Shown: positions 49,801-56,811 of the stretch, in pieces | How the letters are laid out: the number at the start of each line of letters is the position of its first letter | Position numbering within the stretch: position 1 is the first letter of the stretch | Source: Candidatus Omnitrophota bacterium | Lineage (GTDB): Bacteria; Omnitrophota; Gorgyraeia; Zapsychrales; Zapsychraceae | Length of the DNA: 64,000 nt | NCBI GenBank assembly: GCA_015233495.1 | Contig: JADFXQ010000002.1 | Coordinates: forward strand, 34,390-98,389 | Reading direction: 5' to 3' | Translations under genes and position numbers: made by a program | Notes under the pieces: generated by a model | Database searches by the model: none | The model's input: the letters and a program-made list of their open reading frames with translations, nothing else | What the model was told of the DNA's origin: nothing

Positions 49801-50548
49801 GCAATTGAACGATACGGCGCCGCAGCATTTTCATTATGATCTTTCGACTTATACCCATCTTGAACCCGAGACGATTGATAGCATGAGTCAGCGGATGAGC
49901 GCGGAAGATATGGATAAACAATTGATTAAATTAGCGAACTTGATCGGGAACGGCGGCGGCAATGATTTGCAACGGGCAATGTCTTTTAAGCTGACGAATG
50001 AACAAGGTACAGGTTTTCTTGATGCCCGCGAGGCGCGAACCGCGAAAGTGAAATATATGATCGTGTTTACCGACGGAGCTGACGCGGCCATTCGGCAGAA
50101 CGGAAATGATTATGAGCCCCAGGATTCTTTTAAGGAAGTTTTACGAAGATATCGTGACGCCGGGATTGACTTGATTGCCATCGGGATCGGCGCAGGCTCA
50201 AAATATGTGCGGGCGTTCAAAGGCGAGGGACAGCATTTTGTCCAGATTGACGATAAGCATCCCGAAAACATCGCGGAAGCAATCGCGGCTATCGCGGAGC
50301 TGAAATCCAGGGGAATGGGTATTTTGCCGGACGGCGACATCACGCCTTTGATGCAATTCTCGCAAAGCAGTCCGATCAGCGATGCAGACGCGAATAAAGT
50401 CGGCGGTATTGATTTGACCGCGGACTGGGTGACTATTGAAACGCATACCGCGGGCCGCGAAATTCAAATTCCTCGGCTTCCTGAAAATTTTGACTGGTCG
50501 CGAGTGCAGGGATTAAACCCGCTGATTCTGGAATTTTATTCGTATTAA
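37874..50548 (+). CDS. Giant multidomain protein (4224 aa): signal peptide, N-terminal domain, six MoxR/midasin-like AAA+ modules, two beta-propeller modules, transglutaminase-like domain, VWA/MIDAS domain, GGIDL tail
   Basis: Uninterrupted 12.7-kb ORF; Walker A GPTGVGKT (40271), GPSGAGKT (45461), GESGAAKT (47720); GVCRH..HEFVEV..WMQID (49061-49189); DASGS (49727) and TDG (50069); true start may be TTG 37913. Confidence 0.9.
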   Translation: MDTIFIISIYKHILKRLVAFVVLLCFLLLNVRPLAAGGWPQPPSVTILDSSRPFTPFLLKGVTIDPRNPLHFDFIFDPGQSSMSTNHSEKEASRIVKYFLAALALPEKDRWVNLSLQESGRIIPEIFGLTDMGRDMLSLDFVLKQLSASLTHPEQKLGAEFWRRVYAKVKKEYGTDEVPVDSVTRVWIVPAQAVVYTSGQSAFVAKSSLKVLAEEDYLAGKPQGLKASEPDSLKGKNTAAVFTDIFRAIVIPEIEKEVNTGDAFAPLRQIYNALVLATWFKQQCKAGTLGKGYFGQKKIKGIDVAKDRFKEKIYEQYTESLKKGVYNFIREYNDPLTEETVSRQYYSGGIEFTTEVDRKVQFLPLEKEVFLAVLRKSSPVLEGASIYIDPITKEEKLPRPRMSSPVKPPVLDDSSRQALEDLGLSYKEFQRLTFAQTGFEEALFNAFPALKLNIFSLRTQERFSRAVRSLTRELRENSVEPKIALGFAIRFAIQQFYQDILPENLSSADNQRWNQIVSQYFRDFLPSPGPRIPEYVKRKYNFDDNMNGRVARALISRTPVVFKAAKNSDGLLTDELRRQAGEGNIDLSVVWGHPSTDERQLIGGRVPKEGKDGLVFGYGVLTEKIEAARSDPGKKYVVLIKNIEAVDPEVRLLLQEMLRISELSHPGLGQVYLPENFQIIFTMAETANIEDDSFYDRVSVKTVPADLTFKPKTLPGVTAGVTAENYRSVLTIKGSADNPVLVLPGTQIRLNQEFRGITTENMFSMIYEKTGLLLDFDTVRMLVAMANAVKSGEPILRLIGPTGVGKTFTSRGFALLRGSSFFANPVSPGTEFTDLIGSFEQQDNHLFAFNGETTFKERLENGGVVALSELNTLVDNNQKASLAWWLTQISQTTPDADGYRTIYLTEVPVAPGQPRPSIRIHPQSLIVVDVNPAVYESRAAFPDVFEESTPELTIGSYISAIAADRAADIHKLSQTARQFLSLGVRIQGRMIPGISDPARLEVLAEAIGTRYYEVVAAYDQHKFGGKDQFHFSNRELKRIAEDVLLWMERGLSSDAALAKAFTHHLVVRWNAQNDRDYAANLIPDAEVTLGLREFVEHEVFVANRRAHIRVASGIDTQVLIDEIKDGRDDVVVRIINVTQELDRFKLEGGRVVNEDGRGYAFAEGLIGRMIAQAETAPDKKFLYVFENIHNLWPEDAVGLNEILQEGTLSVRGRDTKRSIPVNAGIMSISRQDTDWTWSEAEKSRYVTYVYERDTIGEQIQNRLNDYFRANGLEPAVAIALSRMFWRRLKVSIEYIQSNKAYQNRVSERSALKCIELFIKLTAERQEAGGLNVADLINLFRKSCDLTFGISVPRRVLLDNSQSRVAAVYQNLFTVFGALPFGAPLNAVTSQKSGGAETAAGEAEAGNVNLNGEIALALAAAKLDLEMADAEDRSSALQKLKEVLELSEHTGDLTGEPTAAQDLKNLDVVRAVLKQSSHKFRGSVTGFDVNEHGVVVWTNLDEIWIQKNDGKILTTRFPGMIRNVRISADELVYISGENTVCVIKQDDLNHLISYPTYLTTDNVEAIQHLVISNGVVAAATAKGGLLLWEKEGNQWLEKIRWKDGFPIEQLLLSGETLAVRMRNGTCRIWQKNGGAWEQQSGLVLGHSSDNRFKNRIWQIVAKVRRIFLGGDKGYIPGVSQIALSETEFAIFTHSGEIIMWAKEVGQWRAEPVLRTSIEPGVYRVGHFVLKDSALVYCSFNGEVRLWGKHGDKWIKEPLIKDDTFGTNVRFFDFNNGVLAIGGNVGALKTSSAEPKGGIRVWEREFSLWGPKWQLRIKEDNLDGLADLKVSKGAVRVLAVTLNGQILSWVNQIIKWQIDPVRTIKHSGQIFGAQTHSGNLLVVTTDAVDVYQPGIGIVYGTAVMQFNGAEDVPVSDLADEVVRMSVREPPRPEILAQQEARAKQEIILGDEKKRAPALLKLGETLTAAEQADHLEKEAEVESATLADLDVVVGLMSESGHKFAGKIKGFESNEYGVLAWSDQKEIWLKDAKGDIIEYQFDQEIRYARIARDRLVVADIDRIYIWEKDNGVWQRRAFVSDLLPGYTKGLAISDDGVVAVCNSYGQIYLFKKQNGQWKSANNIKVFFVIGMIFDRLEKFLLKTNVGMVLCRFIEKWDFRMRSNRSFDKIYFRGELLVVEEVVDYDGKQYFGVFERKDGRWARVFKRKFDGPIKNFVVLKNVLTVVDKQGVVFSVSKSEGKWVMRERRIGSEQVLYISEDVWLSAIGEVQLVYKDGDQPEQYLFLPVRFAEVSYVARDKDFLAIGTKSGSIYLYEKKDYLPIGNTSRMSAYLEPQNKWRLAGQADNLGTIKGLNIKDGKVIVATEDGSVKWFGVGRGMVHEGIVRNLNGEGQMDQRSLSKKVTRLKVKYERHNQTGSPEDQKFEPLVGYGNRPFYFGADRDGNVYLNFDNRWYRTRHTLTQPFDHALLSGPRTAPVNGRPTEIFPVRLDAVKHPDSRLERSFTKKDFLMTTGDLTEEEKAVLLNFEISRQVDLEGPSGAGKTSIGKEIALLLGLPVFVLQMHGQRDLSDLIGAYREDEHGRYYLSMKPKPVAKDILEAAVAPALVSRLLEKGVIRVDDKDPEVYYWGYGIYSLVDLEERLDALGGILGQPDKKALRALVHYRLPLLEFLTWGGIYIVDEGAIGEQGQALINWFSRIVNGDSEISIDDFTGLSIRFKVHTDFHLIITNNSPEDTAGREFLKSEIAANIGFIYVPEDDSPDTIEGLLEHFLQDELAGTDVRGVKSALRKLYLDIKAAVGTSIGTDKKERYYISKREIRRVAARLLFEYKKDPEHFDFTYSFYKALRIVFEAAFSHEQERQFVMDKIVTHLKETFPERAQAIDQFKAKLEAEINNRFAFASTENEKWVLWVADELLNQDEPLLLIDERGARTRAMLRRLQENRGAVFDLVDAVPSHTSFELLGAILPEFSDKGIAKPGSRMRFVKGRLIEHLLTKEEMEQAESQGGKSQEVIVWIRNIDQWNEDIRSSLNGLLENGYIDIETSRGETIRYYKPRHVRFIAGINAQSGEDFSSAFFNRWVKVGVLAEPRPDQNVDKGESDFQKVLSDVYEMDSREAYLFARLFLETSRREAQRQWSVQESYDLTPETFYLIAAAVRLAKQQSPQWQAILAAFERQNYDPRRESPTNAAQRDLEAEYRRLSNRILTQEIARLFLPRFRTATSADTGDRKLVEDSIRAVFNLQGPITLDTTDIVSPDLSAVPDKIRLYYTTKIREYLSALQRASQMNRGIDMLGESGAAKTTLAEHLAHRTGRKFYKYQSHAKSEVTDLTIELSQTEDGVIQKRYKEFYAWLKNGNAVIDFDEANAAPHILWALEAVLNGESVIYPAFPGEKPFKIGDNITIVFTRNPLRYAGRQQIEKRITDKMVVLWIDLPDPEEKAKIVQTFYGVWALEEETAVAPTEELHPKEKANIPHESDLPVSDTIDMDTDMKEGREIPTMQDEKNLTEPPAVSTAPKPAARGVFTPELYPRTRLGVYNRFDAATEKFWLERGEYKSVPVTPKTGRERTIIEETRDIFQGQYILRLGHAFSRLPSAGADMEFIDLSVRDTAGNLLDIPVEITRDSADNYYIRQKDADAPAAEVEIRYTVTVAKEYFGKIIPNNPDIGPDIRETMTVMGLTPNNPDIGPDIREAMTVMGLTGKERDFREVLYKMIAFTRDFKLEKITAEGPSKFLRILRSGAGVCRHGAQIFAATAWAIGMPARLVVSDIHEFVEVEVPGIGWMQIDLGGGGDPANMDLSPLANERHNPAYANDFPEPENYKQKKELYRDLYEKAMKDQGIKPPVSPRPNRSGETGAADNDAAIGGHFDPKLEGERIDAALANLIREQGATLNQDIENSFQSGTVIAEQVFERMKRAIEAGIRYKREMKKNGLEIDPVAWMLRLPNPFVKRTRVTKLQTTAVAVLFDASGSISVIREPVTYAIAVTGKNFQQLNDTAPQHFHYDLSTYTHLEPETIDSMSQRMSAEDMDKQLIKLANLIGNGGGNDLQRAMSFKLTNEQGTGFLDAREARTAKVKYMIVFTDGADAAIRQNGNDYEPQDSFKEVLRRYRDAGIDLIAIGIGAGSKYVRAFKGEGQHFVQIDDKHPENIAEAIAAIAELKSRGMGILPDGDITPLMQFSQSSPISDADANKVGGIDLTADWVTIETHTAGREIQIPRLPENFDWSRVQGLNPLILEFYSY
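48812..48931 (+). repeat. Tandem 60-bp in-frame duplication (2 copies)
   Basis: 48812-48871 and 48872-48931 are 59/60 identical; encodes PNNPDIGPDIRE(T/A)MTVMGLT twice. Confidence 0.95.
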
Positions 50549-50621
50549 AAATTTTTACTCCTTGGCGGAATTTGAGTAATTGATTGATGATTAAGGGACG
50601 AAGCAGTGAGCTGCGGGGTGG

Positions 50622-52925
50622 TTAACGCGGCCAGCGGTTTTGAATCTCTTGGTTATGGGCCAGGTAAAAGGCAATCCATTGGTTCACCAGCGATTGGCCT
50701 TGATTCATCCGGTTTTGGTCCAGGGCGCTAAACCCTGCGAGCCGCGTTTGCAATCCTACTAACAGTTTGTCCCGGTATTCATTTCCTAATTGCGGAACAA
50801 TTTTGTTCAATTGATCCGGGTCAACGCTTCTTGCCTCGTAATAATCCAAAGACAGTTTTTCTCGCAGGGCCAATAATGTTGCGATCGAATCAATGGGCGG
50901 GTTGGGCTGTTGCAGTTCAAAGAGGGTGTGGAAAAAATGTTCTTGGCAATTCGCGGCGGCCCGCGTTCCATACGGATCGGGGAGAAAAACCGCGATTTCG
51001 CCATAGTCGCGGGTTTTAATGAAGTGTTGTCCTTGTTCGTCTAAAGTAAGGGGTTGCAGGTCCCGGACAAAAATGATCAAATCCGGACTAAAATTTTTCA
51101 GGGTATATTTTTGGGCGAGCTTATCAGTGATGCGGATGTGTTCAATGCGGAGGTTTTTCCCAAAATCCAAAAGCGGCCAGAGCGGATATTCCCAGCTTTC
51201 TTGACCGGAGATCAGGCCGATATTTTTGCGGCTCTGCTGTTTGACATATTGCGCGGCGAGTTTATATCCGGCGCGCAGTTCCGGCCGCATGAAAAAATAT
51301 TGGTCAGACCGCGGCGTGGCAAAGATGGACGTTTTATGGGTATTGAATAGACTGCGCGTAGGATTTTGTAAAAGCGCCGGCCAGGAGAAAAAAAGGATTA
51401 ACCCCGCGGCCAGCCAAACTAACGCGCGCGTTAGCAAACGGTTAGAGGTTTCCCCGAAACGGGAAACGACGATTCCGAACAGAGGAGAAAAGAGCGCAAA
51501 GAAGACCAGATGAAACCGGCTATGCCAAGGCTGCCATTTGATCGTCAGACAAAAAAGCAGAAAACCGGTTAAAAGACACAGCAGATAGCGCGGCCCAGCG
51601 GGATACAAGCGGCGGGGCAGAAAGCCGAGGAATAAAATAGCGGCAAGTCCGACGAGAAGATGCGCCGGGTTTCCCGCGGTATCTTCATGAAAATTCCGGG
51701 GAGGGATGGCGAAGGGTATGTCTAAGAAAGTGATGCTGGATTCGGAAATGCCGATTCCTAAAGCAGCGTGTATGGACTTGACCGCGCGCCAGAGGGCTTT
51801 ATTTGTTTCCGGAGAACTGGTCCCCAGATGCAAGGCGAGGTTGCGCGCGACATTGGAAACCGCCAGCCGCGGTGACATATTGGTGACGCTGATACCCTGG
51901 ACATCCGGGTGGGGAATAAAAGGGTTGGCGCTGAGTTGGTAATTGCGTATTCCTTGGGGAAGCGAAAAAAATAAAAGACAACAAAATAAAAGGCCAAGAT
52001 TTTTTAATCCGTTTTGGGGCTGTTTTATTTGCAACCGTAACTCCCAAATAACAAAAGGGAGCAGAGCCGGGATAATTGTGCTTTTGGTAAGGCAGCCGAT
52101 TCCCAAGGCCAGACCGGAAAAAAGAAAAGCGTTTCGGCTGTGCCGTTGGCGATATTCCCATAAAAAAGCCAGACTGCTGACTGCCCAAAACGTGACGACA
52201 TAATCGTTTTGGGTTGTGGTGGCTTGCGCAATTCCCATGGGAAGCGTCACGGCAAAAAACGCCGCAGCGATTTGGCCGAAGCGCCCGGCGCCGAGCAAGG
52301 CGGCGATCCAAGCGGCGCCGATCACACTGCCGACCATGCTCGCCCACTGCACAGAATTCGCAAAACGGTCATTGCCGCTGAGGATTTGCAAATGCAAGAT
52401 TATATATTCGGCTCCGGGAGCGGTAAACAGCTGGCGGTTAGAATGCGTGGGGTAAAAAGCGACACTGCGGTTTTGGATCCAGTGCGGGACCCGTGCCATG
52501 TGATACGTCATGGAATCAAAATTATTAGGAGGAGCGGTGAGGGCAATGATGCCGGTCAGGAGGATGGTGACTAAAATAAGGGCCAGGAGAATTTTTTCGC
52601 TTAAAGAATAAGCGGCGATTCTGACCAGAGCCGGGCAGACGGGCGGGGGAGGTCCGTTGGCTTTTTTTAAAAAGGAGGGCGGGGTTCCGAATAAAAAGTA
52701 AAGGTTGATTCCCCCCACCGCAAACCAAAGGACCAGCAGACTCGCCGCGGTGAGGCAATGCAACAGGCTGAGGATTTCTGTGCTGACAACGATCAGACTG
52801 CCGAGAAGCACTGCAGAGCCGAGCAGAGATTTGCGCCAGTCCTCTGCGGGAAGAGCGGAACGCCGGTTAAGGTTGAACGCGGTGAAAATCAGCGATAAAG
52901 GAAGCAAAAGGGCTAACATAGACAA
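50622..52925 (-). CDS. GT-C fold membrane glycosyltransferase (ArnT-like)
   Basis: PPNNFDSMTYHMARVPHWIQN, QATTTQND, CLTKST, KWQPWHSRFH, WEYPLW. Confidence 0.8.
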   Translation of the reverse strand: MSMLALLLPLSLIFTAFNLNRRSALPAEDWRKSLLGSAVLLGSLIVVSTEILSLLHCLTAASLLVLWFAVGGINLYFLFGTPPSFLKKANGPPPPVCPALVRIAAYSLSEKILLALILVTILLTGIIALTAPPNNFDSMTYHMARVPHWIQNRSVAFYPTHSNRQLFTAPGAEYIILHLQILSGNDRFANSVQWASMVGSVIGAAWIAALLGAGRFGQIAAAFFAVTLPMGIAQATTTQNDYVVTFWAVSSLAFLWEYRQRHSRNAFLFSGLALGIGCLTKSTIIPALLPFVIWELRLQIKQPQNGLKNLGLLFCCLLFFSLPQGIRNYQLSANPFIPHPDVQGISVTNMSPRLAVSNVARNLALHLGTSSPETNKALWRAVKSIHAALGIGISESSITFLDIPFAIPPRNFHEDTAGNPAHLLVGLAAILFLGFLPRRLYPAGPRYLLCLLTGFLLFCLTIKWQPWHSRFHLVFFALFSPLFGIVVSRFGETSNRLLTRALVWLAAGLILFFSWPALLQNPTRSLFNTHKTSIFATPRSDQYFFMRPELRAGYKLAAQYVKQQSRKNIGLISGQESWEYPLWPLLDFGKNLRIEHIRITDKLAQKYTLKNFSPDLIIFVRDLQPLTLDEQGQHFIKTRDYGEIAVFLPDPYGTRAAANCQEHFFHTLFELQQPNPPIDSIATLLALREKLSLDYYEARSVDPDQLNKIVPQLGNEYRDKLLVGLQTRLAGFSALDQNRMNQGQSLVNQWIAFYLAHNQEIQNRWPR

Positions 52926-52938
52926 AGTCGCGCGGGGA

Positions 52939-53628
52939 TTAACGGCTCTTAAAATATTGAAAAATGCCCCAATACATTTTCCAGGCTTTATTCCAATTGA
53001 TTTTTTTGCCGTCTTGATGCGTGCGGGCCGTGTAGTCGATCGGGATTTCCAGGATCCGGCAGCCGCGGTTGATCAATTTGGAAGTGATTTCCGTTTCAAA
53101 CGTAAAGTCCGAGGAGGTGATTGAAATTGTTTGCAGGATCGAACGGGGAATCAGTTTAAAACAGGTGTTGATATCCGTCAATTTTGTCCGGTGGAGGAGA
53201 TTAAAAGTCAGGTTGGAAAAAATATTCGCGAACCGGTTAATCAAAGTCATGCCGCGCTGACTGCCCAAAAAACGCGAGCCATAGGTGACGTCCGCTTTTC
53301 CCGCGATAATTGGTTTTAAGAGCGCCGGGTAATAATTCGGCGAGTATTCTAAATCCGCGTCCTGGATGAGCACCAGATCTCCGGAGGCTAAACGAATGCC
53401 GCTGGCCAAGGCGTTGGTCTTTCCCGCATTGTTTTGGTGGATGATTTTGATAAAACTTTCCGCAGTGTATTTTTGCAGAATCGCCGCGGTTTGGTCGGTT
53501 GATCCGTCATTGACGACAATAATTTCGAGGTTGAGATTCTCGGCGGATTTGACGGTTTTGATTTCTTCCAGGACGGCTTCGACGGTGTTTTCTTCATTGT
53601 AAGCTGGGATAATAACCGAGATTTTCAC
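52939..53628 (-). CDS. GT2 polyprenol-phosphate glycosyl synthase (DPM1/ArnC-like)
   Basis: SVIIPAYNEE, VNDGSTD, IQDADLEY, YGSRF, TDINTCFK, FETE, IPIDYTAR. Confidence 0.9.
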   Translation of the reverse strand: MKISVIIPAYNEENTVEAVLEEIKTVKSAENLNLEIIVVNDGSTDQTAAILQKYTAESFIKIIHQNNAGKTNALASGIRLASGDLVLIQDADLEYSPNYYPALLKPIIAGKADVTYGSRFLGSQRGMTLINRFANIFSNLTFNLLHRTKLTDINTCFKLIPRSILQTISITSSDFTFETEITSKLINRGCRILEIPIDYTARTHQDGKKINWNKAWKMYWGIFQYFKSR

Positions 53629-53640
53629 GGGAACTCGCTT

Positions 53641-54357
53641 TTAAGATTTTGATTTGGCGCAAACCATGACTACAGATTGCCCGAAAGGCGGCGGCGCGCC
53701 TTTTTCCAAGGTTTGCAGCAACGGGACTGCCTGGTCCAGACAACGGCAGGCGTTTTTGTTGAATTGCTTTTGTTTTAAAATTTTTCCGGCAATGAACCAG
53801 GTGATGGTTCCGAACATATTCATGTAAAAAATCGCGGCGACCTTAAAACCAGCTTTGGCCGCCGCGGCGCTTAAGGATTTTTTAGTGTAGCGTCGATAAT
53901 GTCCGACCAAGGCGTCTAAAGACCCATATAAGCCGGGGAATGCGGGGGTTAAGACCACCAAACGGCCGCGCGGATTTAAGAGAGAATGGATGTGCCGCAG
54001 GGCTTCGACATCGTCGGATATGTGTTCAATGATGTTTAGACACGTCACCGTGTCAAACCCGCCGGTCGGGATTTTTCCCAGAGAGGACCGGTCCGTGATA
54101 TCCAGACGGGCAACTTTCATCCGCGGCATAGCGCTGAATTTATTTTGCAGCGCGCTGATCATCGGCGCGGTATAATCCGAGGCCGTGACTTCCGTTACCG
54201 CCGGGTTGTCTAAAAAAAGTTGGGTAATATCGCCTAATCCGCTGCCGATATCCAAGATTTTTCCGGAAAGGTGCTTTTTAATTACCGCATGAATCCAGGC
54301 GTTATAGCGGGTGGAAGCGCTGAGCGTGTCTAAAGTTTGATAAAGGGCATCGGGCAT
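53641..54357 (-). CDS. Class I SAM-dependent methyltransferase
   Basis: ILDIGSGLG, CLNIIEHI, DALVGHYRRY. Confidence 0.88.
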   Translation of the reverse strand: MPDALYQTLDTLSASTRYNAWIHAVIKKHLSGKILDIGSGLGDITQLFLDNPAVTEVTASDYTAPMISALQNKFSAMPRMKVARLDITDRSSLGKIPTGGFDTVTCLNIIEHISDDVEALRHIHSLLNPRGRLVVLTPAFPGLYGSLDALVGHYRRYTKKSLSAAAAKAGFKVAAIFYMNMFGTITWFIAGKILKQKQFNKNACRCLDQAVPLLQTLEKGAPPPFGQSVVMVCAKSKS

Positions 54358-54575
54358 AGAATTTTAAGGAGAGCTGAACGCCTATGATAAATTTTAGGTA
54401 ATATAGCAAAGATCGTTTTTGTTGTCATCCTTTTTGGTGAATTTATTTTTTGGGGAGTTTGCTAAACATGAAAATGACCTTGCTTTTTGGCAAGGTATCT
54501 GATAAGAAAAGGGCGTTCTGAGTTTTGGGCCGTGGTGTTTTCGATTACGGGCAAAGACAGCTGAGGGAGGCAAGG

Positions 54576-55355
54576 TTGCAAAACCCGCCAGGCGAGTTTT
54601 ATAAAATTTTAGGGGTCAAGATTTCGCAATTGGATATCCGGCAAGCGGTGTCGCGGGTATTTGCCTGGGTGGAAAATCGTCAGCGGGTTTATGTCTGCGT
54701 AGCCCCGGCCGCTACCATTGTTTGCGCCCAAGACGACCCGGAATATAAAAAAGTGGTCAATGCCGCGGCTATGGTTACTCCGGACGGCATGCCTGTCGTG
54801 TGGCTCGGACGCTGGCAGGGGCGCCGGGTACAGCGCGTTTACGGGCCGGACTTTATGCGGGCGGTCATTGAGACAGGGCAAGACCAGGGGATCCGGCATT
54901 ATTTTTACGGGGGAACAGAACAGACTCTGCGTAAATTGACGGATAATATCCGGCGCGATTTTCCGCGCGCTCGGATTGCCGGGTCTTGGGCGCCGGAGAT
55001 GATAAAAATAAAAGAAATAGAAAAACGCGAAATTTTGGATAAAATAAATGCCGCTGACCCGGACATTTTATGGATAGGGTTAGGCTCGCCGAAACAGGAT
55101 TTTTGGATGGCGGCGCATCGCGGCCTTTTGTCCGTTCCGGTGATGGCGGGGGTAGGCGCCGCTTTTGATTTTTTAGCCGGAGTAAAACCCCAGGCGCCGC
55201 GCTGGCTGCAACGCGCCGGGCTGGAATGGTTATTTCGGTTGAGTTGTGAACCGCGGCGTTTGGGAAAAAGATACCTGGTGGGCAACGCGCGCTTCATCTA
55301 TTTTTTGCTGCGCGGCGTTCTGCCAAAGTTTTGGGGCAAGGAGAAGCATGATTAA
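54576..55355 (+). CDS. WecB/TagA/CpsF family glycosyltransferase (GT26)
   Basis: TPDGMPVVW, RVYGPD, IGLGSPKQD, GVGAAFDF, GLEWLFRL; TTG start after GGAGG. Confidence 0.92.
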   Translation: MQNPPGEFYKILGVKISQLDIRQAVSRVFAWVENRQRVYVCVAPAATIVCAQDDPEYKKVVNAAAMVTPDGMPVVWLGRWQGRRVQRVYGPDFMRAVIETGQDQGIRHYFYGGTEQTLRKLTDNIRRDFPRARIAGSWAPEMIKIKEIEKREILDKINAADPDILWIGLGSPKQDFWMAAHRGLLSVPVMAGVGAAFDFLAGVKPQAPRWLQRAGLEWLFRLSCEPRRLGKRYLVGNARFIYFLLRGVLPKFWGKEKHD

Positions 55356-56775
55356 ACACAGCCGGAAACTGATCATCAAATTGTTTTATATCGGCGTGGA
55401 TATCGGTTTAATCACCGCGGCGATTTACATCGCTTGTTTGCTCCGGCAAACCACCTTAGCCCTCCCGGTGACCCTGCACGAGATTTTTTTCGACCCGTTT
55501 AACGAATATCGTTTTTTGTTTGGGTTTTGGCTGGTGATCACGGTTCTCCAATTAAACCGGCGGGAACTGCATAAAACGCAGCGCGAACAGTTAGAAGGCA
55601 TTGAAATCGGCCAGGTTATTCAGGCGGTTATTTATGCCGCGATCACGATGCTGGCCGTAATTTTTATTTTTCGGTTCAGCGAATTTCCCCGCAGTATTTT
55701 TGTGATTGGCACGATTCTCAATATCATTTTTTTATCATTATGGCGGTCCCTCAAGCGGCAGTTTGTGATGTACTTGGTTTCCAAGGGGTACAATAATTTC
55801 AACGCTATCATTATCGGCGCTGGCCAAGTCGGAATGACTTTGGCGCAAGAAATTCAAAATCGGCCGGGATTAGGCATTCATTTGGTGGGGTTTTTGGATG
55901 ATAGCCGGTCTGAGGAAGCTGCCGTGGCGGGATTGCCGCCGATTTTAGGCAAAGTCGCGGATTTCCCGAAATACGCACACGAAGAATTTGTGCAGCAGGT
56001 CTTTATCACGACTTATCCGGACAACCGCGATTTTTTGCGGCTTCTCGTCCAGGCCCGGGATATGGGGATAGCTATCCGGGTGGTTCCGCAAGGGTTTGAA
56101 CTCATTTCAGGGGAATTGGCTAAATATACTATCGGGATTGTTCCTATCTTGGAATATACGGACGGCGTCCGTTATAAAGAACACGCCGCGAAGCGCGTTT
56201 TTGACGTTGCGGCCGCGTTGATCTTGGTAGCGGTTTTATCCCCGGTGTTGGCGGCTACGGCGCTTTGGGTAAAGTTGTCCAGTCCCGGCCCGGTATTTTA
56301 TTTTTCGCCCCGTTATGGCCGGGGCGGCCGCAAATTCGGCATGATGAAATTCCGCACCATGGTCGCCGACGCGGATAAACAATTGGACAAGGTTTTATGC
56401 CAGAAGGATGTGGATGGCCCGATTTTCAAAATCAAAAATGACCCGCGGATCACGACGGCCGGAGCTTTTTTGCGCAAATACAGCATTGATGAACTGCCGC
56501 AGTTGTTCAATGTGATTAAAGGCGACATGAGTTTGGTCGGCCCGCGGCCTTTGTTAGTGGAATATTTCGGCAAGCACGACCATCTGCAAGTCCAGCGTCT
56601 GGGGGTCCGCCCGGGGATCACCGGTTTGTGGCAGATCCGGGGCCGGAGCGATGTTTCCTCGTCGCGGTTGATGCGCTGGGACTTGTGGTATATCAATAAT
56701 TGGTCTTTTTGGCTGGATTTGAATATTTTGTGGCAGACGATTCCGGTGGTGTTCAAGGGCCGGGGAGCCTATTAG
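55348..56775 (+). CDS. Undecaprenyl-phosphate glycosylphosphotransferase (WcaJ/WbaP-like initiating transferase)
   Basis: KRVFD, KFRTM, DPRIT, SIDELPQL, GDMSLVGPRP, PGITGLWQ, GAY end. Confidence 0.93.
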   Translation: MIKHSRKLIIKLFYIGVDIGLITAAIYIACLLRQTTLALPVTLHEIFFDPFNEYRFLFGFWLVITVLQLNRRELHKTQREQLEGIEIGQVIQAVIYAAITMLAVIFIFRFSEFPRSIFVIGTILNIIFLSLWRSLKRQFVMYLVSKGYNNFNAIIIGAGQVGMTLAQEIQNRPGLGIHLVGFLDDSRSEEAAVAGLPPILGKVADFPKYAHEEFVQQVFITTYPDNRDFLRLLVQARDMGIAIRVVPQGFELISGELAKYTIGIVPILEYTDGVRYKEHAAKRVFDVAAALILVAVLSPVLAATALWVKLSSPGPVFYFSPRYGRGGRKFGMMKFRTMVADADKQLDKVLCQKDVDGPIFKIKNDPRITTAGAFLRKYSIDELPQLFNVIKGDMSLVGPRPLLVEYFGKHDHLQVQRLGVRPGITGLWQIRGRSDVSSSRLMRWDLWYINNWSFWLDLNILWQTIPVVFKGRGAY

Positions 56776-56811
56776 CAAATTTAAGATTAACTCAAGAGAG
56801 TTGAGGTAAAA

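Noticed and set aside
37874-50548. Eukaryotic midasin contamination or chimeric assembly
   Set aside because: No introns, composition of the AAA parts matches the flanking bacterial genes, it carries a bacterial-type leader and transglutaminase-like domain, and it lacks midasin's long helical linker; read support still deserves checking
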